Assembly (NCBI GenBank): GCA_949358305.1
Contig: OX442314.1
Coordinates: 22,444,001 to 22,508,000 of the forward strand
Reading direction: 5' to 3'
Source of the DNA: Strigamia acuminata
Lineage: Eukaryota
Length of the DNA: 64,000 nucleotides
Shown here: positions 39,544-50,640 of the stretch, in pieces
Position numbering within the stretch: the first letter of the stretch is position 1
Layout of the letters: each line of letters starts with the position of its first letter
The notes under the pieces: model-generated
Databases searched by the model: none
Seen by the model: only the letters and a program-made list of their open reading frames with translations
What the model was told of the DNA's origin: nothing
Translations under genes and position numbers: made by a program

Positions 39544-40502
39544 TGCTGCGATCCGGGTTTTTATCCACTTAATTTCTAATAAATTAAGCAGAAACCGCAG
39601 GTGAATGCTTTACAAGACTTATATCGCGGCCGAAACTTGTCTAGGGTTAAGTTTACGGAAATAGGAATAAAAAGACAGTTTATTATGGTAATAAAAATCA
39701 CACAAATGTTTTATTCGATAAATTACAATATATACTAATTATGATTATGAATATCACAGAATAAAATGAGCGGGAAACAATGAAACAAAGGAAGGGCTTG
39801 CAACGACTGTTGCAAGCTACAAAGCGTCAGAAATGGCGCTTAAACAACTTGAAGTTGTTAGGCGAAGGCAAATTGTCTTCGTTCTACGAACTCACGAACG
39901 ATGGTCGAAGACGATGGTTCTCGTGGGCTCCTTCTACGGCTCGTGCGACGGCTCGGCGGCGGTGGTTGACGGCTGTAGGCGTCCGGCTTTCGTACGATGG
40001 CGGTGGCTGTCGTTCGCGCAACAGCGACGGCGATGGTTCACGATCGTCGGGAATCTTCTCTTCTCGATTGCTGGAATTAGCGACGGCTAATTCAAGCAGG
40101 ATTGCTGGCTTTGTGCGTTTGATACACAAAGATAGCAGGTGAAACTGAGTTACAACGGTCCTCTATCAATACTTTTCTTTCAGGAGCAAAAGCAGTGATG
40201 TTGAGGTTGTTGTTGTATTTTTCAGAGTCCCGATTTGAGCCAAGACGCGAGCCCAGCACGCTTCAATATTGCGCAGAAAACCTGCGCACTTAGCTCAAAT
40301 GGGTGCAACTAGTGGTTATTACACCATATTGCACCATAACGGCTAATAACCGTTTTCACCCCGGACAACCTGGGGTGATATGTGCCTAGAGAGGATTTCT
40401 CCCCTCGGTCACATGATCTGACTTGGCGTGTGCCACAGTCAAATTAATTAGAAGATAATTAATTTAATCTTCTAAGTTGGTGAATATTTTGAGATCACCA
40501 CA
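39544..40502 (-). repeat. 5' LTR of element 1
   Basis: Repeat of 28163-29121. Inr-like TCAGTT near 40146 and AATAAA near 39710 on the minus strand. Confidence 0.95.
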
Positions 40503-40885
40503 GGCAAAATGTAAAATTTCTTAGCGAAGTTGTTTTTGTGGTTTTTAGACTTATTTACAATGCCCAATGCATTGATATGGTAATACTACATTCTCTGCAT
40601 TGTTGTCATTTCCTGTGCATGTTTATTTATTTACTTATATGGAAATACGATGCATGATGGTTGGGAAAAATTGATTTACAATAAAGTAAAAAAAAATAAT
40701 GACGTAAGAAGAGCAAAATAAGAGTGTTTTCAAATTTAAAACACGGATGTTCGTGAACGAATGTGAAACCCCTTAGCCTTTAATCATGCAAATAAGTTGA
40801 ATATTTTTATAAAACGCGTGGTTATAAAAGCCATCAGCTGGTGCGCACCAATCTCAGACAGATTAGTGTTCAAACAACTCGAATC

Positions 40886-41967
40886 ATGAAGATCACTTTA
40901 CTCTTGGCAATCGTCGCCGTTGCAGTTGTTGATGAAGCGCAATCCGAAGTAAAATTCTAGGACATGATTAACGATAAAAAGACGTCTAATTTATTTTGTT
41001 TAATTTGTTTAAAATATTAGGATTGCTGCATAGTCAAACAGATGTATGCTGCGGTTGAAAAATTCATCAGACAGCTGGTTCCGGACAAAGCCGTAACAAT
41101 TTTATTTGCTATAGACTGTTTTATTTATTAACGTGTATTTTGACATTTTTGACAGCATCATGACACCTATTGTGGATGCGCAAAAGCTTTCATTTTAGGA
41201 GTACGTATTTTTTATTCAGTTTACAATTTATTACAATTTCTCAAGTTATATTTATTTTCTCGTAGGATTCCTCACAATGCGACCCCAAAAAATTTAAACT
41301 TCCACAAGCCAAAATCTGTGAAGAAGTTATGCAGCACGTGCGTTTTTATTTCATTTGATTTGATTTGATTTTTATTTGATTCCTATTTCATTTATTGAAA
41401 CATTGTAACAAAAATTTGTAGACGGACTTTAAGAAGAAATGCAAAGAACACAATATTTTGGGCTTCAAATCTTTGATCGAAAATGCAGTTTACTCCAACG
41501 GTGGGGACGCTGATGAAGTCTGCGAAAACATGCCAAAAGAAGTCGATAAAATGTTGGCGAAAGGAAAAGAATTGGAACAAGGAGGCCCCGGCAAAGCTAG
41601 TCAGTTGATTTATATCTTTCGATACAATATAATGATTTCAGTTGAAAGTAATCATTTTTTTTTCGTATTATTAGAGGAAGTGTACGACAAAGTGTGTAAA
41701 AAGGATCCCAAAGGTTGTAAAGATCTGACAGACCTTCCCCAAGAAGCTCAAGATTACATTACGAAAGATATGGCACCATGCTTTAAAGATTTAATCAAAT
41801 TGTGTAAAAATACCGCGAAATCCAAGACCATGCCTGCAATTGGCGCTGCTACTCAAGGAGTGGAATTGATGTTCGGAGGTGGTGATTTTGGTATCAAAGT
41901 GTCCAAATGTCTTAATGAAATTATTACTCTCGCTACCAAGATGGGTAAATCTATTTCTGGTCGTTAA
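40886..41967 (+). CDS. Orphan secreted protein, family A member 3
   Basis: TATAAAAG ~60 nt upstream, MKITLLLAIVAVAVV signal and six exons splicing in frame. Closest to 25317-26376. Confidence 0.88.
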
Positions 41968-43048
41968 GGAGTTGAAGTACTAAAATGTAATAATTGTACA
42001 ATTAAAAATTGTAAAATAAAAATACTTTCCAAAAGATATTATTATTGTATTTATATAGGTTGGAGATTCAGTCTCTCCACAATCCACACATGATAAATTT
42101 TTAGATTAATAGATTGCTTTAATTTTGTCAATAAAAATAAATTTGATTTATTTTAATTCAAACTATATTTTTTCCAAAAGATGATAAGGACGCCAATTTA
42201 GTGTGTTCTTCACTGTTATTCAGATGTAAAAATTGGGTAGTCAAGAAGCGGACGTTAGTAAAGTCATGAAATATCAGTAAAGCAAGATGGAGTCGGAGCA
42301 CTCACAAGCGACACTTAAATTTGGCGGCATTTGATTATTTTTTCAAACTTTCATAATGCGTTGTGCAGAGGAGTCGAAAGCAAAAATTGTCCAGGAATTG
42401 ACCAAAAAGTATTGCGGCGAAACCTGCATCTATTTTACATTTATCGCAAGCTTTTTATTATTATTATAATTATTTTCTCTGCAATGACTACAAATGGCGA
42501 CATTTTCCTCTGAGCTCTCAAAAGGTTTTGTTTACCCAGATCCACTGTTTGTTATTGTTACTCAAAATTCATTCTGTTTTAAACTTTCTGTGTTGCAACC
42601 GATCACAACAATTAAAATACCACGTTAGAAACTCGTATCATGGTCGTCAGTTGCAAGTGTTTCGCTGTATACAAGAATGCCAGTCGGTATATCAGCCTGA
42701 AGTGAGGTTTTACAAAAAATAATTATATTGCAAAACCAACTACTTGAAAGTATTTTCTTTCGTTTAATGATGCGTATTGCATATTTACGGTGTGAAAGGA
42801 AGTTGGTGTGCGTTTCCACAAAAGCACGGATTGTGTGCGTAGGGGTCGAGAAAATTATGATTCTAGACCGACTGATAATGGAGATGTAGAATTTGCCACG
42901 GATGTTCGTGAACAACTGTTAAACCCCTTATATTTATTGTAAAAAAATATTTGCGTTTTAGGATAACGAATAATTTTTGTATGCAAATTTGTATGCAATT
43001 TTTGTACGAAAACATCAATTTTGAAGTGACAAACTCAGAACTATAACC

Positions 43049-44095
43049 ATGAAGATTTTACTCCTTGCCGTTGCTCTTGTTTACAGTCTGCAAACTCAGA
43101 ACTCAGGTGGAAATGTAAGAATCCATTCTCATTTAACAAAAATAGCTCATTTTATTATTTTCTTTTATACATTTGAAGTGCGATGTAGTTACCGAAATGT
43201 ACAACCTTTCGGATAAAGCCATCGATCTATTCATCAGTGACAACAGAAGTGTAATAAACTTACAAAAAAAGTGTACTTTTACACTTAACTTTTAAATTTA
43301 TTTATTTATTTCTACGTATAGTACCATGCAATCTACGCTGGCTGTGCAAAAGCAGTAATATTTGGAGTATGTATTTTATTGAAATCGATTATAGTATTCT
43401 ATAATAATTTTTAATATTTGTTTTAGGATTCTAAAGATTGCAGATTGGATAAATTCGAAATACCACAGGCCAAAGTCTGTCAAAACATCATAAATAACGT
43501 AACTAAAAAATCGGATTAATTCTCTTAACTTGCACTGTAAATAAAAAATACAACATTTATTACACAGCTAGACGCAAAAAAATTATCAGCAAATAATCTT
43601 CTTAACTACAAATCCATAATTGATCATGCGATTGTTTTCAATGGTTGGAATGCTGATAAGGTCTGCAATACCATAGCAGTAGATGGAGAAATATATTTAA
43701 GAAAATTTAAGACGTATTTCGATAATTTAAGCGTCAGCGTATTGAGTCAGTTGATTTTTTTGTGAATATAATATTTACTGAATTATTATTATTTTTTTTT
43801 AGAACCACTTTACGATGCTTACTGTTCTGAGTATAAAAAGGATTGTGAAAAAATCGAAGCTCAATACGATCAAGTCAAAAATTACATTTTTGATGTTGTA
43901 TTTCCAAGCTTTAAAAAATACATCAAACTAGTTAAAAATATTTTTAAGTCTAAGTGGGTGCCAGTAACTAGTGCTTTTGTCGAAGGTATCCAAGTGTTGG
44001 CTGGAGGTGGTGAGTTTGGCGGCCAAGTCAACACATGCTATCACGAACTAATCACCATTGTAACTAGATTTGCTAAATCTAGATTAACTTACTAA
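43049..44095 (+). CDS. Orphan secreted protein, family A member 4
   Basis: MKILLLAVALVYSL signal. Same six-exon layout and Cys pattern as member 3 (YAGCAKA, DC..DKFEIPQAKVC, AGGGEFG..V..C). Confidence 0.85.
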
Positions 44096-44890
44096 ACTGT
44101 TGATATGATTATAAACTGTAGTGATATATACAATTAATATTGTACAATATTTTATGTGGAGAGAATAAATTAAAGTTGGATCATTAAAACTGCAATCTTG
44201 TATAAAAATTTTTGAGTCTTTTTCATTCTTTTTGTAAATATTTTTATTTTTGAAATATTTTTCGTTGGTCGAGAACTTTGTGGTTGACCCTAAAGTTCAT
44301 CGCACATCCTTCAGGTGAAATGAAATAGTTCAATGCACTAAAGAAGTTCAAGGTTAAGAATTATGCCATCTTATTATTTCATTTGTTTTCGTTCAGAGCA
44401 GTCATGAAAACTGTTTACATCGCAATTCTTGTGCTTGGATTGATTGGGGTAATATATTGACTTTTGTTTGAAAGTTAAAATTCAATCCACAGATTTCTTT
44501 AATGTTTATTTTTATTGTAAAAGGGAGTAATCTGTGAGGCATTTCCTTGGGAGAATACTTGCAATGTGTTCAGTTCTAAGTTTCGATTAAAAAAGGAAGA
44601 ATGCAGATCCTGTTTCGTGGTTGCATCGACAACAAACAAAGTAAGTTATGGGTTGAAATTATTGTTCTCATTCACAAATTGCTCAAATTATTATTTTTTA
44701 AACCATAAAACAACAGGAAAATGAAACATTTTCAGCTGCTCAAAAAACTTGTATCCATACATTACCAAAAATGGTAAATTTTAACGAAATTTTAATAAAA
44801 TTTACAGACAAATCTAATGTGAAAATTTAATTTTTAGTTTCATTCTTGCGCTGATGAGCCGGAGGTAGAAAACTGCCTGAAAGAAAACAT

Positions 44891-46050
44891 TGTAATGAGC
44901 TCAAATTTCACTATAAAATAATAGTGAAATTTCTTTCTCATTGGTGCCGCATCGGGACTTATCAAAATTCTACTAAAACTCAACTCTAAAATCTTAACTG
45001 ACTAATCAAAGAAGAAATAATCACTAATTAGTTCTTAAATAAAGGAAAAAGATTTATTCTTGGCTTGAATAAACTAATAGTAAAATACAATTAAATAATA
45101 GGAATTAAAGGTAAAAGTAATAATAATTGAAGGTGAAATGGCGAAAATAATACAAAATAGCGGCGATGGCTTGTCGCTCGCTCTCGAACTTCGTTCTTCA
45201 CTCGACGCTCGCTCTCGAACCTCGTTCTTCACTCGACGCTCGCTCTCGGACCTCGATACTCGCTCTCGGACCTCAATGCCCGCTCCAAACCTCAAAACGG
45301 CGTCCAAACTTCACTCTTTACTCACGATGTTCATTCCTGGTTAAACCGGACAAATTTCCGAATTCTTGGTGACTTGAACTCGGACACAATTCCGTTTCTT
45401 CTCTCTCAAAACTCGCAACAGATTCGGACACAATTCCGACTCTTCTTCCTTGATGACTCCGTGGTTGCGGCAAATTCCGCTTTATGTTGACTGGGACAAA
45501 TTTCCCAATGAGGATTTCTCATCCAAACAATGGCTGCTTGGCAAGAATGATGATCTCTCCAAACAATGGCTGCTTGGCAAGATGAAAATCCCACTGATGA
45601 ATATGCTCAATCAGCAAGATAAATTTCCCACTACTGGATGTACACAGTAGCAAGAACTCCCACAATAACTTTATGTTATTGTAAGAAATGAGTCTCAATA
45701 CTCAAGAACATCTCAAAACTGCTTTAGCAATTTGCAAGAAGGAGTCTAAATACTCAGGCAATCTTTCACCAAATCCACTTGAAGAATTGTATTTTCCCAG
45801 GGTAGATTTTGTGACTTGTTGCTCTCAAAGTTGATTTCAGACTGAAGATTTTTTCTCATTCTCTGCAGGAAGCATTTCCTGTTACAGGAAGCTCATGGGC
45901 TGGTTGCCCTGGCAACCACCCTCATGTCTTCAAGTTATGCCAGACTTCCTGTTCAGGCATAAAAAATAAACTCAAATAAAAATATGAAATATATAAAATA
46001 TTTCCAGACACATTTCTGTTCTTCATCTAGTGACCACTAGGGTCACTACA
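44891..46050 (-). repeat. 3' LTR of element 2
   Basis: Direct repeat of 50641-51800; contains internal tandem repeats (45175-45273; 45522-45582). Confidence 0.95.
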
Positions 46051-46086
46051 CTTCCCCCCTTTTTAGGAAGTTAGTTCCTAACTTCT

Positions 46087-49000
46087 CTAAATCTCATCAT
46101 CGATCCTCGAGGCGAAGTCCTTGATGGGGATTTCAGATTCGGAGACCGAAAACTTCAGTTTGTCTTGGGATTTCGTTGAATCATTCCTTGTCGTAACCGA
46201 TTGATTCTGTCCAGCAATTGCAGATGGTGTCCCGCTCCCAGGACTGAAATCCTGCCATCCGCTTCTTCCGGCAGCTTCCTTCAAGTGACCGGTCCAGTTG
46301 GCTCGAACAGGCAATTGATTTTCAGTTGTGTGTTCAAATGATCTGAAACAGGCATCTTGCAAAACTTTGCCTGAGTCAGCTCGATCATTCTGAGTTTTAA
46401 CATTCATTTCTGGTGTTGTCGCCACTAATTGTTGTTGCACAGCTGATGCGTTTGTTGCTTCAAAATTCAATGGCTTTTTGCTTTCCATTAATGTGATTTT
46501 ATTCCCTGCAATCTTCTCAATTTCAAGCCACTGCTTCTGGATTTCCGGTTGAGTGTTTGGCAAATCTACATGTTGAATTCTGAACTCCTCCAATAAAAAA
46601 CTTGCAACTGGCTGTTTTCCTTCAGATGTACTCTTAATTGTAACTGTAGTGGGCACTGTAGCTCTGCTGTCTGAATTGCTACAATCAGATTTTTTAACAG
46701 TATCTGAAAAATTAATCTTGGACTTATTTCCAATTGCAACTGCACTGACAATATGTTTCTGTAGGTCAGTTGATTCAGTGTAGCTTGCGTAACTAAGCTT
46801 CATTGCAGTTTTAACTTCACTGGACTCCATGAAGTGTTGATCAACTTGGATTATTTGATTTGGTTGCTTTTCCAATAAATTAATTTTTGAAATGTTTTCA
46901 GTTGTGATTGAGCTGGCAGCAAATTTTGGTAACTCAATTGATTGAGTGTTGTGTTGCTTCAAGTCAATTCTCTGCAAAGTTTTTTCCAAAATTCTGTTTT
47001 CTTTTTCTGTTGGTCGTGGACCTTGTTTTTCAATTTGACCAATTGATGTTAATACTTGGCAATCTTGATTTTCTGGTCGTCCTTTCAATCCTGTATTTGT
47101 ATGCTGTTTACTGCAAAGCATCTTGTAATCATCTGTTTGTAGAGGTTTTTCATTTTCATGTTCACTCCTTGTATCTCCAGATGTTTGGATTGTTTCTACC
47201 AGTTTAACTTCAGACCTTTCCTCTAATTGAATCAATTGCTGTTTAGCTTGGATTCTTTTCTTTGGCAGCTTCTCCACTTTTTCTTTGGTGTCTTGAGTTT
47301 CATTTGCCAAATCCAGTCGCTGATAACAATTTTTGATCAAAATTTTTACTTCCTGTAGGTCTTCAGAAGTTATATTTTCCAGTATGTTCTTCAGAGCCAC
47401 GATGAAATATTTGGAGGGCCACTCTGAATTCTGCCGACATAATTTCGGTGAAAACGTGGAATCTTGTAACATTACATTATCTGTCAGTCGTTTGATCACT
47501 TTTCGAAGTTGTTTTCGAACAATTTTCGTTTCTCGAACCAGACATTTATTTTCTGATTTTCTAGGATTCCTGGATGAATTTTGATTCTTTTTCTCTTTTT
47601 CCATCACTCTTCCCCCCTTTTTTGGAAATGGTTGAACTTGTTCATCAGTTTCAAAATCTACACTTTTTGGAAAAAGCAATGGATTTTCTTCTAAGTTTTC
47701 AAAAATCAAATTTTCTGTGTCCGATTCGATAATTTTTTCTGCAATCTGTGCATCATCTTGGTTCTTCTTATCATCAGAATTTTGTGTATCCTGTAGAGGT
47801 TGCGCATTTTTGTGAGCTTGCATTTTGTTCGATTTGGACGCACTTTGTGTAATTCCTGTATTTTCAACAACCTGTGTGTCTTCTGCATGTCGTGTGTCTT
47901 CTGCACTTTGCACACTTTTTTCTTCTTGTTGTCTACCATCTATGGCTGTTTTTTGGTCATTGAAATTTTCGAAATTGATTGATCTTTGATGGTGACGATC
48001 ATTTTCGTTTGGCCAGCCTGCCATACATGTGTCAACTTGTGTTTGGCCAAGTTCTCTGTTTGCTGTGGACATTCTGATGTCATCTGGTTGTTGGAGGTTC
48101 TGCTTGTCCATGACATCAAATAACATTTTCTTCTGAGCAGGTGTTGAGGTTTGGTTATTATCTCTACGATATTTTGTATCGTCATTTCCTCGCTTTACTG
48201 CATTTCCTGTTGAATCCGTAATTGACTGTTCAACTTTCGACTGATGCATGACACTTGCTGTATTCCTAACTGGTGGACACCGTGAATGTGCCATGTACCG
48301 CAGCTCTTGTGGATCTGGTTTTGACTTCTTTGCGTCTTCCTGAGCTGGTGGAGATGCTTTAGGAAAATTTTCGTTTTCAACATGCAATGATGATTCCATT
48401 GTCTTCCCTTCTACGACGAGTGCTTGATTAAAGCTGTCAATCTTTTCCATTTTTTCAGAAGGTGTCTTTTTTGCAAAATTAATCGAAAATGTTTTCATTT
48501 CTAGAATTAAGCTTTTCCTCGATTCAGACATTGTTTCTGTTTCTTCACCAGATGTAGATAACCTTTTTAATGCCTTCTTGACTGCATCCATTGCTACTGG
48601 CAATGACAATTTTTTGGCAACTTCAGAAAACCTTAAGTCCACTGGTGAGTTGTGTCTTTTCCTTGTGGTTACCTCAGCACTGGTCCCATATCTTAAAATT
48701 TTCTGGTCATCTCTGGATTGACGTTTCGTCTCTGCAGGACTGTCTCTAGTTTCGGTCTGTAAACGGCGACGTACTTCTTGTAATTTAAGTCGGGTTGGCG
48801 AGCGTACTGCTGATAATGCCGTGCTGTCAACTGATTTTCTGGTCGAAGTCTTCTTATCCGCCTTTATTAAACAACCTCTTTCTTCGGTTATTTTGATTGG
48901 TTCTTCGAACAACAATTTCGTGAGATCGCTTTTGCTTCGTGGAATGGATTTTACATTTTCAGATAATGAACGTACTGGAGATGTGGTGCGCGATACGTAA

Positions 49001-50379
49001 TGTCTTCGTGATTGTACTTTGTTGGCTTCGAATTTATTTTGTGTTTCGCGTATTTCAAGCTCCATTCTTATTTGCGCGAGTTTATTGTCCAATTTGGTTT
49101 CACGTTCCTTGCGCTCTTCCACAAGTAATTGTTCCTGTAGTTTTTGCTCTTCTAATCTGTAACATTCCCTCCGCTGATCTCGATCATTCGCCGCAGCTAT
49201 CCATGCAGCATATTCCTCGTGGGACATTGGTTCATTTATGTGGCAATAACATGCTTCATGCGTAATGTCTAGCATCCGGTCTTGTACTTCTCGCAGCTTG
49301 AGACGTGTTGGCGAAATTATTCTTTTCAACTGTGTCAAGTCGGTCCTGCAACTGGGTGAGAATCTTGCGCGATTTAGCAATAAACACTTTTGACATGTGG
49401 CACGTGGTACGCATTGTTTTGGTGATTGCACTGTTTGCATTGTTAAATCCACTGATTCCTGGGAACTCGAGGGAGATTTTGCTAGACTTTCATCCGTTTG
49501 TTTCAAGACGAATTCTTGTTCTTTTATTGCGTTTGCTGGTGAACCAAAGTTATACGACTCATTTCGATAAGAGTAACCATACTCGTTTTGCTGACACGCT
49601 TTGTCTTTGAAATGTGATTCACTTTTCTGGCGGGCTTCGTCCTGATAACGCGACTCATTTCGCTGATTTGAGTCCTCGTTTGGACGTGAGTTGTTCTTAA
49701 AACGTGATTCACTTCTGTGGCAAATTTCGTCATGATAATGCGACTCATTTCGCGGATCTGAATTTTCGCGTTGACGTGATTCGCAACAATAACGCGACTC
49801 GTTTCGCGAATGTGAGTCCTCTTGTTGACACTCTTTGTCACGGTAGTGCGACTCATTTCGCGACTGGAAGTCCTCGTATTGGCGGAAATCGTCTTTGAGC
49901 GAACGTTCTCGTGACGTAGAAGGACCATGTTCTTCTTTTCTTTGATTAACTTCGCTTCGACTATCAAGTCCCGAATCATTTCGGTTATCATATCGAATGT
50001 CGTATTTTGGTATATCCTGATCTCGTTGATCGCATCTTCTTTGATAGTTCTGTGGTGAAGAAGAATGACGCATTTCATTTTTATCTCTTGATTGCCGTGT
50101 CTTATGGATTGTTAATGTACCACTTCTACTCTGGCTGGCTTGTAGTTGGTGGTCAGCCATCTTGATTGTAAAATCTTGGAAAAAATTTTCTTGATCCCGT
50201 TGAACAATCTTGGAATGTTTTCTGTCATCTGTGTTCTTAATGGCAATCGGAGACGACATATCTTCTGTGTGGTGTAACAATCCCAAATGTGGTGGCAAAC
50301 TATATCTTTTCAATCGCAATGATGATTGTTGAACTTCCATGGTTGGTCTTTGTACTTGTTTCTTATGATGATCAGACAT
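46087..50379 (-). CDS. Orphan 1430-aa hydrophilic, largely low-complexity protein encoded by element 2
   Basis: Uninterrupted 4.3-kb ORF filling the internal region. ~7 RNES(H/R)Y-type repeats, Cys/His cluster (CQKC...HEACYCH), coiled coil, duplicated SPTRLKL motif. Confidence 0.8.
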   Translation of the reverse strand: MSDHHKKQVQRPTMEVQQSSLRLKRYSLPPHLGLLHHTEDMSSPIAIKNTDDRKHSKIVQRDQENFFQDFTIKMADHQLQASQSRSGTLTIHKTRQSRDKNEMRHSSSPQNYQRRCDQRDQDIPKYDIRYDNRNDSGLDSRSEVNQRKEEHGPSTSRERSLKDDFRQYEDFQSRNESHYRDKECQQEDSHSRNESRYCCESRQRENSDPRNESHYHDEICHRSESRFKNNSRPNEDSNQRNESRYQDEARQKSESHFKDKACQQNEYGYSYRNESYNFGSPANAIKEQEFVLKQTDESLAKSPSSSQESVDLTMQTVQSPKQCVPRATCQKCLLLNRARFSPSCRTDLTQLKRIISPTRLKLREVQDRMLDITHEACYCHINEPMSHEEYAAWIAAANDRDQRRECYRLEEQKLQEQLLVEERKERETKLDNKLAQIRMELEIRETQNKFEANKVQSRRHYVSRTTSPVRSLSENVKSIPRSKSDLTKLLFEEPIKITEERGCLIKADKKTSTRKSVDSTALSAVRSPTRLKLQEVRRRLQTETRDSPAETKRQSRDDQKILRYGTSAEVTTRKRHNSPVDLRFSEVAKKLSLPVAMDAVKKALKRLSTSGEETETMSESRKSLILEMKTFSINFAKKTPSEKMEKIDSFNQALVVEGKTMESSLHVENENFPKASPPAQEDAKKSKPDPQELRYMAHSRCPPVRNTASVMHQSKVEQSITDSTGNAVKRGNDDTKYRRDNNQTSTPAQKKMLFDVMDKQNLQQPDDIRMSTANRELGQTQVDTCMAGWPNENDRHHQRSINFENFNDQKTAIDGRQQEEKSVQSAEDTRHAEDTQVVENTGITQSASKSNKMQAHKNAQPLQDTQNSDDKKNQDDAQIAEKIIESDTENLIFENLEENPLLFPKSVDFETDEQVQPFPKKGGRVMEKEKKNQNSSRNPRKSENKCLVRETKIVRKQLRKVIKRLTDNVMLQDSTFSPKLCRQNSEWPSKYFIVALKNILENITSEDLQEVKILIKNCYQRLDLANETQDTKEKVEKLPKKRIQAKQQLIQLEERSEVKLVETIQTSGDTRSEHENEKPLQTDDYKMLCSKQHTNTGLKGRPENQDCQVLTSIGQIEKQGPRPTEKENRILEKTLQRIDLKQHNTQSIELPKFAASSITTENISKINLLEKQPNQIIQVDQHFMESSEVKTAMKLSYASYTESTDLQKHIVSAVAIGNKSKINFSDTVKKSDCSNSDSRATVPTTVTIKSTSEGKQPVASFLLEEFRIQHVDLPNTQPEIQKQWLEIEKIAGNKITLMESKKPLNFEATNASAVQQQLVATTPEMNVKTQNDRADSGKVLQDACFRSFEHTTENQLPVRANWTGHLKEAAGRSGWQDFSPGSGTPSAIAGQNQSVTTRNDSTKSQDKLKFSVSESEIPIKDFASRIDDEI

Positions 50380-50640
50380 GATGTTAATTTTTAGTAGATA
50401 GGATAATGAAGAAAGAAATAGTTTAACTTAGAAAAATATCTTCTAAACTCTGTTAACCATTTTCCCCCTTTTTTGTTTGAGAACCAAAAAAAAAAATTCA
50501 CACCTATTCTTACTACAAATCAAAAAATAGAAGTTCCTCAATCTAATTAACCTATCACAAAACAATTTTCCAAACAAATTAGGTCCCTCAACTAAATAAA
50601 AGTTGTTAAGGTTCAAATCTTTCAGGCCCAGGCCCCCAAG

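Larger units (their letters stand above)
28163..40502 (-). mobile_element. Full-length Ty3/gypsy LTR retrotransposon (12.3 kb) with an extra third gene (element 1)
   Basis: 959-bp TG..CA LTRs with no differences seen, 4-bp TSD GGCA (28159-28162 / 40503-40506), PBS, PPT, intact gag and PR-RT-RH-IN pol. Confidence 0.97.

Noticed and set aside
45175..45582. CRISPR-like repeats
   Set aside because: Eukaryotic LTR tandem duplications without regular unique spacers or cas genes.
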